A stretch of 64,000 nucleotides of DNA, from assembly GCA_025786725.1 (NCBI GenBank), contig JAHLTZ010000011.1:186001-250000 (forward strand), read 5' to 3'. The DNA comes from Syncephalis fuscata S228 (taxonomy: Eukaryota > Fungi > Zoopagomycota). A program made the position numbers and the translations under genes. How positions within the stretch are numbered: position 1 is the stretch's first letter; every line of letters begins with the position of its first letter. This document shows positions 39,886 to 52,010 of the stretch, piece by piece. The notes under the pieces were generated by a model. The model saw only the letters and a program-made list of their open reading frames with translations. It had not been told where the DNA came from and did not search any database.

Positions 39886-42800
39886 GAAGTAGCAAATAGT
39901 AAATGTAATAATGTAATAAAGACAACTGATTAGTATCTATCGCAATATTCTAGTCAAGAAAGAAATAAAGAAGACATTGTGACAGTGGCGGTCAGACGCG
40001 TCATGAAGCACGTGTAGTCAGCCAGTCGAGAGTGGCCATAGATAAATTTGTGCGCGTCACCGTGCAGTTCAAGTCTTTACGGATAGCAAGAGCGCACCAC
40101 TAGCATGCGTCTTAGCTTGAACAAAGCGGTACCTTTAACAGCGGTCACGCTAGACGCAAGCCCATAAGATTGATACCATGGCTATTACAGCAATACTGCA
40201 TGCATAACAAGCCGCTCAACACTTACCAAGAAAAGAGTGCAAAATTGTAGCTGCTTGTTGCTGTTGTTGTTGTTCAACGAAGAAAAAAAGAAACAAGAGG
40301 GAAAGACGTCGTATCATGAGCAATTGGAAGGCAGCAACAGTGACTAGCGGTAGCAATGAAGGTAACAAGAAACAAATTCACGACGACCTGGGCATAGGCT
40401 TATCCGTGCATAAAAAGCATGCGTTTATGCGTGAGTAGGTAGTAAGTGTATGAAAATAGTTCACGGGCGAAACCAGCTGGCAGACGGTATTAGTAGTTTT
40501 GGGCAATCATTAGGAGCTGTTAGTTAGAGCTGAGGCAAAAAGGAAGGAAATCTGTGTGTGTATTTATGGCACAGATCCCCCAACCATAAGAAACCGTGTT
40601 CTAAATCAAGGATGCCAACCTTTTTGGTCAAATATATTTCCAGGTTAGTCTTGGCAGTCCTGTTATGTTCGTTGAAGTAATGAATGTCAATAAAAGAAGC
40701 TATAAAGGAGTTGTAAACAAGCAATGCTGCCACTTGTACCTAGTTGTTGTCGTTTTATAGGAACAAGCTAGTTGTGCAGATTTAATAATCTTAAGCAAAT
40801 ACCTTGTTTAATCGCCTTATCTGTTAAGCCTTATCCAATCAAGGCAGAAGATTTTTGATACAGATAGGCGGTGTTCAATTTTGAGAGCGTTTGTTCATTT
40901 ACCACATTTATTTAATACAAATATGTCTTGCTTTCTTCCATATCCTTCTTGGTCTTTAATAGGTTTAACCTGACTAACTACCTGTTTTATTTGACGCTAA
41001 TAATTAATAATTTGGTATAGCTAATGTTTGTGTGTTATTTAATTGCTTGGTTACAGTCCTTGGATTATTAATACATTTGTAAGGAGATGGCACCAGTGAA
41101 TAGTGCTACATAATAAACCGTTTAAACAATATAGACAATTAATTTTTATTGGACTAGCTACTACAGCCAATCAAATGTAATAAATTAGTACCTTTGTTAA
41201 ACGCATTATTGTAGCTTGCTATATAATTCAATATTTAGTAAATAATAATTTAAACTGTTTATCATAAACGCAGTATTGCTAAATAGTACAACTTGTACTG
41301 TTTTAGTGCTTTATATCGTTACAACTAACTAACTATATAAATGTGCGGAGTTTTAATTTAAGCTTTGCTGCATTTAGTGTACTAAATATTTTTTCTGCCA
41401 TATATTTTATACTATGTAACTTTTATTATAACTCCAAGAGTATTATAAATACATAATACTGTTGCCCAAATAATAACAAAAATAGCTTTTTAAATTTTAC
41501 TTTCAATTCATTTTAACTTATTATCATGTTTGCACAGTTGAACTTTTTGTAGTAAATCATTGATTCGAGCTATTGTTGGGTAATAAAGTTGTCAAAATGC
41601 TAACAGCATAATATTTATTGATTTAGTATTGAATTGTTTAACTAATTTATATTTCTGATTTTATATTCTTTCTTTGTTTGCCTGGTTAAAATTACAATAT
41701 TACATTACTGGTATTGTATTAATATTATATGAACTATTTACATAAATAATTACAGCTACTACACTTTTGCGTTATATTAAATTCTATTATATTAACAAGC
41801 AATTCTATTAAATACATAACTCATTAATGTTTATAGTGCTGTTACTATTCCACTAAGGTAGAATAATAAACAGATTACTAATATTATGCTTGGTCTTGAG
41901 TGACCTATAATGTTAGTAATTAGTGTTATATAAGACTTACTTAATTGTTTTTATTAATAAAGATTATCAACCTTTAATTAATAATTTCTACAGAAGTAGA
42001 ATAAATGACTAGAATATTGTTAGCTCAGATAAAAAGATCAGTTCAGTCTAGCAATCACTGCAAGACTGAAATGATCAAAAGGTTCAAAATTCAAATAAAA
42101 TAAAAAAGAATTTAAAACCAAGATAAGATAATGTTTATTAAGATTAAAAATATGGTTGCCATTTTATAGCAAATGGTCTTGGATACTGCGAAGGAAGAAC
42201 TTGAACGGCTTGTCTGTTCAATTTCTTCTTCCGGCAATATGGAGCTAGTTTTACTGTAATAAGTAATATGGAGCCGTGAATTGCAAGTATTTATAGGCGC
42301 TGTGTTTCTTGCCAAGAGTTAGAAACGATTGTAGTGTTGGGATCGTCGTGTCTTAACCGAAAGAATGGCCATCTTTTACTAGGACCCTGACTATTACCGG
42401 AAATGGAATAGTCACTGATGAAGTTATTGCTAATTAAGTTTTCTACCAAATATGGTAAATAACGCAACTTACACCACAATATACTGGTGAAATATAACAG
42501 TGCAATTAACAATATTAGATATATAAAAACCAGAATTAAAGGTCTACAGGTTGTCGGCAAAAATCTGTGCCGTTTCCATGTTTTAAAACTGTATTAAAAT
42601 ACTTGAGGTATCAAGTACATGCAGTGCTGGTCAAACAATTGCGAATCAAAACAGTATGACGTTATGACAATACGTAATATGACAGTATAAAAATAAAGCT
42701 TTGAATATTTATGATAGAAATTTAATATGTTATTATTAGTATTGCTATTACAGCTATTAGACATACAGATAGCTGATCTACACACATGTATGTAGATATA

Positions 42801-42934
42801 GATATAGATAGCAAGTGTCATGATATTAAATTACCAATATAGTCACATGAACAGTTGTGACGCATAGCCAACTCGTTGGCATTCTCTCATTGCCTTAGTC
42901 TTCATTTATTGTCTATTCTCGCTCGCCAACCACT

Positions 42935-44775
42935 ATGTCTTTAAACGCTGCTCAGTTAAATGAGCCATTTGTAAAAAACTTGGAATTAAGAAACGCTACT
43001 ATACCTGATGAGATATGGCTGCGTATTTTTACATATGCTATTGCCCATAATGTTGACGAAATGACCAATATAAGTTTAGCCTGTCGTCGTTTTTACCGGT
43101 AAGTTATAGCAGTTAAACAGTATCTTTATTATATAAAAATTAAAACTAATATAACTAAAGGCTGTGTGGCGAAGGAATACTATGGTATAATGGCTATCGT
43201 TCGCATTATCCAACCTGGAGCACCGGAACAGCGTACTGCAGCAATATAAAATACGATTGGCGTAAACTTCTAAAGCGGGAGTGGTCGTTGGAGAAGTATT
43301 GGGGAAAAGGAGGCTGTTGGAGGTTGCCTAAAAATGACGATGAAATCGACGAAGATGAAAACGATGACAATTATGTAGAATATGAAAGCGATGAAGACGA
43401 GGAGAGGCGTGAAGAACGTAAAGAAGATGTCGTAACTAGGCCCAATCATCATAGAAACTATCTATGCCGTTTGCAAGAACTATCCATGTCTGATCCATTA
43501 CTTGTGGATGCATTTAAATTGGATAGTTTGGAGGAAGACGAAAAGCCGGATATACGATTCTCTCGTTTTCTTATCGCCGATTTTACCTCTACTGATGAAG
43601 GTATTGTTGCTAATGGGTTCTATCGGCACGACTACTCTGCCAGTGTAGTGAGAGCGTGGTCATTTCCTGATTACAAGCTTGTATTTGAAGATATACTACG
43701 CCCAGACGATCCAGATCTACAAGAGCATCTTTTGGAAATTGGCTGGTTAACCAAACTGATGGTAACTGTAGTTACTCAGAAAACGGGCGACTGGATCAAT
43801 TTACGGGTCTACGATATTTCCGAAAAGCCAAAACGTCAGTTAAGTGAATTTGCGCTCATTAGTCAATTAAATGGACGACAAGTATATGTTATACCTAACT
43901 GGTTCCAATGGGAAAGCAGCCTAAATCTTTCACCGGAAGTGGTGGTTGTTGGTACGGAAAAATTGTCACCCAACCGTGCCATTGTTATACGACATAATAT
44001 AAACACCAAGCAAACTGCTACTATGTATTTTGGAAACCAAGTCTATTCGACTTATGTAGATCCTCGTTTTCCAAATATATTAATTACGCTGGACCACAGC
44101 TATCATCTAAGTGTATGGTCAACGGTGACGGGCGACCTATTGACGAGAATGCCATCCGAGCCCGGTATTTACTTTGATCGAGTTGCCTTAAGTAGTGTGA
44201 TTGAAGCGGTTCCTAGCGAAGTAGCAATGACAAAACTTGGCGACAAATCTAATCAGAAGCAGCAATCGTTGCGTTTGATTATTTCTTCCGTTATACATAA
44301 CCCCTATCAACAGAATAGATATCGACTTGAAATATGGAATTTAACTATACCAAACATTCCGTTTAGTTTCCCCGAATGCGACGACAAAGAACAGGTAGTA
44401 ATAATATCGGATCAGCCTCCCGATTCAACGATTGAATCCACTAAAGATGCTTCAGTATCGCAGGTTAGCCTTCGTGCATTACGTATACATGAACCACAGT
44501 CTGGTCGTATTTACTATCTACGTGCTGTTGGCCATTTATTGTTTGGTATGCACTATAGTTACGAGTTTGGCAGTAGTAAATATTTTATTATTGCCTATAA
44601 CTTGGAAACAGGCAAGTTAATATACCATTCGCAAATTTTGGATAGCAACCAGAATATCACGCAATTAAATAAGGCGCTATTAGTAGTGAGCAGTGAAGAC
44701 TTGTATGCATTAAGCCCGATTGAACCAGAGAAAACACCACAGCACGATATTGTAACTGTAAAAGACGATGAATAA
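42935..44775 (+). CDS. F-box protein with acidic linker and beta-rich (propeller-like) C-terminus; 2 exons
   Basis: IPDEIWLRIFTY...ISLACRRFYR|LCGEGILW F-box; intron 43099-43160; DWRKLLKREWSLEKYWGKG continues into ORF 43288..44775. Confidence 0.85.
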
Positions 44776-45512
44776 ACTAGAAACAATTGTTTTCTTTATT
44801 GATATTGAGTAAATCTACTATTATGTAGTAAGCATAACCAACAATAGAACCTGAATACTTTGTAGTATGTCATCATTAATGCAAATCATTTGTTTATTTT
44901 ACTGCTCATATATTTACAACTAATGATTATTTACTTATCTTATTTTTGTAATAGACATTTTTTGCTAGTAACTAATACTGATGTTCGATATATGTACTAT
45001 TTTTGTGACCAATCATGTATGATTTTAATATGTTGTTTAACTACATGATGTATTTCTTAGGCACACTTTCACAAGATTCTGTCTAGAATATCAGGATAGT
45101 AACAATATGTAACTTTTTTAATTAAAAAATAAGTAGTCAATTAAGTTATTTATTAGTTTATTAATAGATAATTGTTGTAATTAAGTTTTTAATTTGGTAT
45201 TTTTATAATTACATTGGAAAGTAATTGTTATCATTATTATAATAAACTATTTGATTTTTTCAACGAATGTGTGTGTACATTGCACCATATCCCATGCGCT
45301 ATTGTTCGCTTACATTAGAAAGAAAATATAATTGATTAGATTTTATTGTTAAAAAAACTATCTAAATCGATTAAGCTTATATTTTTATGCATTTAAATAC
45401 ACTTACAATTATTAACGTATTTTCATTGCATAGTTATAATTCATTTAATAATATTCAGTAAATTTTATTGGTAATAATCAGCAAAATAAGTAACTATTTG
45501 TGCTAAGGAAGT

Positions 45513-47708
45513 TTAATAACTGCTGGCTAATTTGCCCAAGGTATCTTTAATAGAGTTGATGGCAGCCTGGTCTGTTGGAAGGTTTTTTAGTGCTGGAACG
45601 CTGTTGGCCAAATCAAGAACTGGTGCCTTAATAGCATCCACTACTGGCTTTACCTCTTCTTCACAGTCTTCGTAGACGTCCTCCTCTTCTTCACAATCTT
45701 CCTCTTGAGCCTTCAATGTAGCCAAAGATTGGGACAGTGGTACCCAGCCTTTGCTAAAGTCACGAATAGCAGAGATTTCAAAGTTGGCGGCAGAAGTAAG
45801 CGAGATACCAGCTTGCTTAGGAGAGCCAATGATTGAGGTCAACTTATCAACGATGGTAGAAGGATTGAGTAGCTTGGAGACAGAGCTCAATGGGCTATTT
45901 GTAACGTAGCTGGCGACCATATTACGAATATTGCTGACGGCATCCTTAACAGTGGCGGAGTTGGTGCTATTGAGAACAATTGGGACACGTTCAGTACCAA
46001 ATCCGGCTGTGAAATCCTTTTTTCCTGCAGCCACAAGTTTGGAGATGACATCACCACGATTGGCCAAAGCGCAAGAGGATACATAGCCGTGAATAGAATT
46101 GATCTTGTCATAGACTTGAGTTTTGAATTGGCTTTCACGCTCGCGTGTTTTATTGACCGATTGGAAATTCATGATCATCCATTCTTCTTTAATTGGTGGT
46201 GGCATACGAAGCTTGGTGAGTGAGTCGCGGTTATTGCCTTCTGGAGTAATAGGAGCATTGTTGATGGGGACATTGGTTGCTGGTGGAGTAGAGCCATACG
46301 CAAGCTTTTCTTTTTTGCATGCACAAGGATCGACAGAAGTAGCAGGAGCAGGAGCAGCAGCAGGAGGAGAGGCAGGAGCGGCAACAGAATAACTACGGCG
46401 TACCAAACTATTATTATCTTGATGATTGAAGCGAGAACCAGCGTTACTAAACCAGTTATTCCATGTTTCTTGCCAATTATTGTTATTCTGTTGTTGTGGC
46501 TGTTGAGTAGCAGGCTGTGGCTGTTGAGTAGCAGGCTGTGGCTGTTGAGTAGCAGGTTGTGGCTGTTGAGTAGCAGGCTGTGGCTGTTGAGTAGCAGGCT
46601 GTGGCTGTTGAGTAGCAGGTTGTGGCTGTTGAGTAGCAGGCTGTGGCTGTTGAGTAGCAGGTTGTGGCTGTTGAGTAGCAGGCTGTGGCTGTTGAGTAGC
46701 AGGTTGTGGCTGTTGAGTAGCAGGCTGTGGCTGTTGTTGTTGCGGCTGCTGTGATGTCTGGCTTGAAGCAGGAGTAACTGGACCTTCTACCTTATCGGCT
46801 GGTAGATCTCCATAGGTATAGCAAAGTGCTTTGGTATCAAACATTGCCTTGACTGGAAGATCATTCCATGGCTCCAGTAGAATATCAGGTGTTGCTTGTT
46901 GGCCATTTCTTAGTTGACCACCAAAGGCCCTAAAGTTTTCTGGACGAGCCATCTGCCATTGCCACCATACACGATCCACCATACCGTGATGCATGAAAAA
47001 AAGTGGATCACCTGGGCTGTACATATTAAACATACCACCACCAATACCATTGTGCACACGGGCGTGGTATGTACCTTCTATGTCGAAAGAAAATTTGCTA
47101 AATTCATTATGGTCGGTAATGGACTTTTGCACAGCTTCGGGCGAGTAGAAGGCACCAATCTCATTACCAAAGTCAAAGGTACGACGAAGACAGTTTGGAG
47201 TTGGATAGTAGGGACGCCAGTTGGCGAATGGACCATCAGTAACACAGCCGCCTTCTTTACCGTTACCGCCAAAGTATTCGGGAGTGAATACGACGGATGT
47301 TTCTGGAGCTTGAGAATCAATACACGTGTCCCAATAAGGAAGCATGATATCAGGATAAATTTGTTGCAAATCTATTTCCAATTCACGCAACATACGACGA
47401 TGCCATGGTAAGAATAAAGGTGAGTTGTGGGCAATAGGTGCCATATCGTTGTGCAACTTTGCAAAAGAATCGTAGCGTGTTGGAGCAGGGCCAGACTGTA
47501 GTCTGCGCAGTCCATCTATAAAGCGCTGACGTTCATTAACAGAAAGAGTACGAATTTCACGACGCTCACGAACACCATTAGGACATCTATTAGGAACAAT
47601 ACGCCCAGGTTCATCTACGGGAGCTGCAGCGCCGACGAGTCCTGCGTCGGATGCTACCGTGGCTAGCGTTGCTGCCACAGTAAATAGCAGAAAGGTGGAG
47701 TACTTCAT
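45513..47708 (-). CDS. Secreted tyrosinase (type-3 di-copper protein)
   Basis: Signal peptide; RREIRTLS; CuA H..AHNSPLFLPWHR; CuB YHARVHNGIGG..SPGDPLFFMHHGMVDRVW; LCYTY motif; Q/P linker; C-terminal domain. Confidence 0.95.
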   Translation of the reverse strand: MKYSTFLLFTVAATLATVASDAGLVGAAAPVDEPGRIVPNRCPNGVRERREIRTLSVNERQRFIDGLRRLQSGPAPTRYDSFAKLHNDMAPIAHNSPLFLPWHRRMLRELEIDLQQIYPDIMLPYWDTCIDSQAPETSVVFTPEYFGGNGKEGGCVTDGPFANWRPYYPTPNCLRRTFDFGNEIGAFYSPEAVQKSITDHNEFSKFSFDIEGTYHARVHNGIGGGMFNMYSPGDPLFFMHHGMVDRVWWQWQMARPENFRAFGGQLRNGQQATPDILLEPWNDLPVKAMFDTKALCYTYGDLPADKVEGPVTPASSQTSQQPQQQQPQPATQQPQPATQQPQPATQQPQPATQQPQPATQQPQPATQQPQPATQQPQPATQQPQPATQQPQPATQQPQPATQQPQQQNNNNWQETWNNWFSNAGSRFNHQDNNSLVRRSYSVAAPASPPAAAPAPATSVDPCACKKEKLAYGSTPPATNVPINNAPITPEGNNRDSLTKLRMPPPIKEEWMIMNFQSVNKTRERESQFKTQVYDKINSIHGYVSSCALANRGDVISKLVAAGKKDFTAGFGTERVPIVLNSTNSATVKDAVSNIRNMVASYVTNSPLSSVSKLLNPSTIVDKLTSIIGSPKQAGISLTSAANFEISAIRDFSKGWVPLSQSLATLKAQEEDCEEEEDVYEDCEEEVKPVVDAIKAPVLDLANSVPALKNLPTDQAAINSIKDTLGKLASSY
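46495..46735 (-). repeat. 21-bp coding minisatellite, 11 copies encoding QPQPATQ
   Basis: GCTGTTGAGTAGCAGG(C/T)TGTG repeated 11 times. Confidence 0.95.
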
Positions 47709-49492
47709 AGTAAGTTACGATGACGCTTTAATTTGAACGAATAGTCAATAATCGATGCCAGCGTGCCACAGTGTGATATTCGTTTAGCTTGTAGTGTATA
47801 TCGATGGGGACGATGAGGTTACGGTTTACGGTTTAGAATATTGAAATTGATATTTGAGTTGATATCAAGATTAAATGGCGTCGCAAATGATAGAAATTCA
47901 CTGGAAAAACTAGGACACCTGCCAGTTGGTCGTGAACTAAAAATACGAAAGAACAAGCTAAAACGCTAGTAAGAAGAATGAAAAGAAATATTAGTAGTTG
48001 CGACTTTTACTATAATTTGTGGTGTAGTCGCAGGTTGTGCATTTAAAACACTTTGAGAAGCGGAGGAACGGGGCAAACACGAGATAGTTACAAAGCGGTG
48101 AAGTTCACGTTAACATTGTTTCCAGTCGCACAAGTAACTAGAATGACTGTTTCAAAAACCAGAAGCCTTGAAAACAGTTTCTATAGAAAGACGGTCACAG
48201 CTGTTGCAACAATGAGCGCATTTGACCCATTTAGGAAAATCAAGTGTGATTGCATTCCTTCACTGATTAGAATGTGGCAATTGACCCAGATCAACCAACG
48301 TGGCTATCAAAACAGCAATTTATCTACAATGTTCCTTTAGATGTAAAAAAAAAGAGCTTCCTAGTGTATTTCAAATAATAGCGTGCCCCGTTCTATGTGC
48401 GCCCATGATGTCGGCTATTCTATACATCCAGCTCTTTCTCTCTTGTTCTCCTTGTTGCCTTTTCTACTACAATGGATGCGATTGGAGGCGATTGTATTGT
48501 AAAACAATTGGCTGTTTAACAAAGTCATTGTCCACCATTGCGCACAAATGGACCATTGATCTGCAACTTTTTTGTGAACCACGCTATGCTAAATTGCTAT
48601 AAATAGTTATACATACACTGTTTTAAGCACTTGCATAGTTAAAACAAGCAACTTTTACGTTGACTGCATAGCTCAATAGCAAGTACCCTGACCAGTTATA
48701 ATGGTTGTTTTGATGGTAACACTCATTGTCTAGAGATAATGACACAACGTCAAACTAAATTGGCCTAACCAATTCCCTTCCTGTTAAGATAAGCCGTGAA
48801 ACTTTATAGACACAAACCTGGATAAAACAAGTCGTGTACGCGCATAGTTTGTGTCATTAATATGCTCAGTTCATGTTGATATTAAATAAAAGAAACTGTG
48901 TCGAATAATCACGCATTATCTATTTAAACATCATTGCCCATAGTTGGTATTATACTTTCGGAGTTTTAATATTTTAACTCCGACACTAACATTTATCATC
49001 AAATTATAGTAGATTGATGATCTATATATTTATTGAATTTGTAGTTTTTGATTCCTATGTTATTGGTCAACAAATATATCACAATCCTTTTTCCACGCTT
49101 TTGACATTAGGACTATTCAGTTAAATAAAAATAAACCATTGACTAGTTGCATTTAGAATTTAGTAAATAAATAGATAAAGCTATTATTTAGTATAGAATA
49201 ATCAATAATGTAGATATGACAATTAGTTTCATGCATAGAATAGATACTGCTTATCATGCCAACACTGATAGAGCCAATAATGCATAATGACGTACTCACA
49301 CAAGATGCCTAGCGAAGCCCCTTTGCCGTTATTGCTGAAAAAAAGGAAAACCAGTTTGAAATACCGCGTTCGATATCTCTTATCGTTCTACTCGCAATAA
49401 GCCCGACCCGCTCTCACCCCCAGCTTATTCTTTTTTTTTTGTTTGTTGACTACAGTAACAACAGCTGAGTACAATTCCTCTGGTATTTGACA

Positions 49493-50566
49493 ATGACGCA
49501 AGTAAATACAATGCCCCTAAATATGTCCCCGTCCAACGACGAGCTCGTTAATGAGCACGGTGTACCAGTAGCTGTGCCAGAGGCATATGCTGAAGGAGCC
49601 TTCGAAGGCCCGGAGAAGTTGCTTGAAATATGGTTTTTGCCCAATGCAACGGCCACCTATAGCAAGCTCAGTGGCGTGTTTGCTCAGAATGGCTTACGCG
49701 CAGTTCGCCGCGAAGTCTGGGAGAACATGCTGGATGTAGTACGTTGTAAAATACTTAGCAGGATTCAATCTGAATCCGTAGACGCTTATCTTCTTAGGTA
49801 TTAGGCAGTATTGTTTGTATTTAATAATTATAATGACTAATATGAACACGATACTTTATTTATTGGTGCTATAGCGAATCATCTATGTTTGTATACCCAC
49901 ATAAACTGATTCTTAAAACGTGTGGTACGACGACGCTGTTAAAAGCACTGCCAGCCATTCTACGCATTGCCGCCCGAGCTGGACTCGACAATGTATGGCG
50001 TGTCTTTTACTCTCGTAAAAGCTTTATGTTTCCAGAACGTCAAGAATATCCGCATTCCGGATGGAATGACGAGGTAAGTAGCTAGCTATTAGCTGTACAG
50101 ACTATCGGTCTTACTTCTAACCAACTAACTGCGTTATTAGGCCAAGTTTCTGGACCAACTTTTCGTTGACGGCTCAGCATACTTGGTGGGCAAGATAAGC
50201 ATGGACCACTGGTATCTTTACTTGACAGCACCGCGCGATAACTGCTTACGTCAGGCGGTGGATCTTAACGACGGCCAAACTGTCGAAGGTGATTTGTTAT
50301 CAATGCCTGATTGTCCGTTTACATGCATTGCGTCATTAAATGAAAATGATACTGCTGCGAATGCCGAGCCCTTTGGCCTGCCTACACCGACTAGCGAGAA
50401 AGGTAGTGGCCATGATGCCATACTAGCACCGGAAGAAGATCAAACCGTAGAAATTCTTATGACTGGTTTGGATATTGAACACGCTCAGCGTTTCTACTTT
50501 CGTTCAGGAGAAAGTGAAGGTTCACTAGGTGGTAAACGTGTTGATGTAAGTACCGACCATACTGTA

Positions 50567-50617
<51 letters not shown>

Positions 50618-51141
50618 TACATTTATTAATAATTACATTTATTAATAATTTACTAATATTTATTTAATATTTGTAGGAGGAAACAGGCTTGGATAAAATT
50701 GATACTAAAGCCATTATGGATTCGTATCTTTTTGTCCCTTGTGGCTATTCGATGAACGCTTTACGCGGTGAAAACTACTTTACCATTCATGTAACACCAG
50801 AGCCAGGCTATTCGTATGCATCATTTGAAACGAATGTGCCATTCTCTGGTGGTAACAAAGCAGTTACCGAATTGGTTCGTCAAGTGATCGACATTTTTCA
50901 ACCAAGTAAATTCAGCGTTACGGTGTTTAAAAGCCAGCCTAAAATGGACAGTACTTTACCTGACAATGATGGTGATGGTGATAATATCAACAACGCTGAT
51001 CATATGAATAATAACGATAAAACATCTCAAAAGCACACTTACCAAGTTGGTAATTTAGCTGGATGGCGAAGAAGTGATCGTATTCTTTACGAGTTCGAGG
51101 GATACCATCTCAATTTTTATTTCTTTGAACGGTGGTCCTGA
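49493..51141 (+). CDS. SPE2: S-adenosylmethionine decarboxylase proenzyme, 4 exons
   Basis: [17 protein letters not shown]|SESSMFV (autocleavage site), [47 protein letters not shown]. Confidence 0.97.
50568..50616. repeat. (AAT)n microsatellite in AdoMetDC intron 3
   Basis: Perfect run; it explains the poly-N tail of ORF 50183..50629. Confidence 0.9.
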
Positions 51142-52010
51142 TGTGCTTATGATGAATAAAGTGATTCGAGTCAACCAAATTTAGATGTGTTTTATTGCTT
51201 ACCAAGCACCCAATTAACCTTTGCACTAGCATGTATGCCAGCCATGTGTCTAGATGAGCGATAAAACGACAGGTAACGGACGGTGCATTTCAAGTCGGCC
51301 ACTCGCCTCTTTCAGACTATAAACCGGTTAATTCGACTATTATATGCGTACATACGTTGTCGTTATTGAGCACTTGAGTCATTCTCTCATCACGCGCACT
51401 CGCCCATTCACTCACACAAGTACAAGCATACACACGCGCGCGCAGACACACGAGTTGGTAATAATACCACCGAAAAAGCTACCACGACACGGTTTCTTTC
51501 ATTTGTTTGTGTGTTCACTTGTCTGTCTCTAACTTTTAATATTACTACAAATTTGTATGCATACAGTATACAGAATACAATCTTGTTCGTTTACTTCTAC
51601 TTTTACTATTTGTGATTAACATCCACCTTGACTCTACTGATTCCTGCTATCACTGCTATTACTATCATCGCGGCCATTGTTAGCGTGTAGCGTGAATGCT
51701 CGTTACGCAGTGATTGCATACATCCTTCATCTATATTCGCTGTCACTTCATCTTTACAAAGTAATTATTTTTATTACTGCTGCTGTTATTACTACTACTC
51801 CTATTGCCGCCGCTATTATTACTATTATTCTATAATAGTTTTTACTGATTTTCTGTTTACTAACTACACGTGTGCGGTGTGTGTGCGTGTGTGTGGACAG
51901 GCCCGCGAATGAACGTGCGTGTGTGTGTGCCTGTGTTTTTGTATGCTTATAACAGTGACCACTCAGTAGTCCTTTGCGCCTCATTATTGTAACTGGTCTA
52001 TTGACGAGTG

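Noticed and set aside
40524-40900. Possible spliced gene remnant on the minus strand
   Set aside because: Intron-like signals are present, but frames contain stops and no family is recognisable.
42112-42560. Short minus-strand ORFs, possible pseudogene
   Set aside because: No coherent gene model or motif.
46419-46754. Plus-strand ORF of LLSSRLW repeats
   Set aside because: Antisense shadow of the tyrosinase QPQPATQ minisatellite.
48958-48983. Small hairpin TCGGAGTT..AACTCCGA
   Set aside because: An 8-bp stem can arise by chance; no supporting context.
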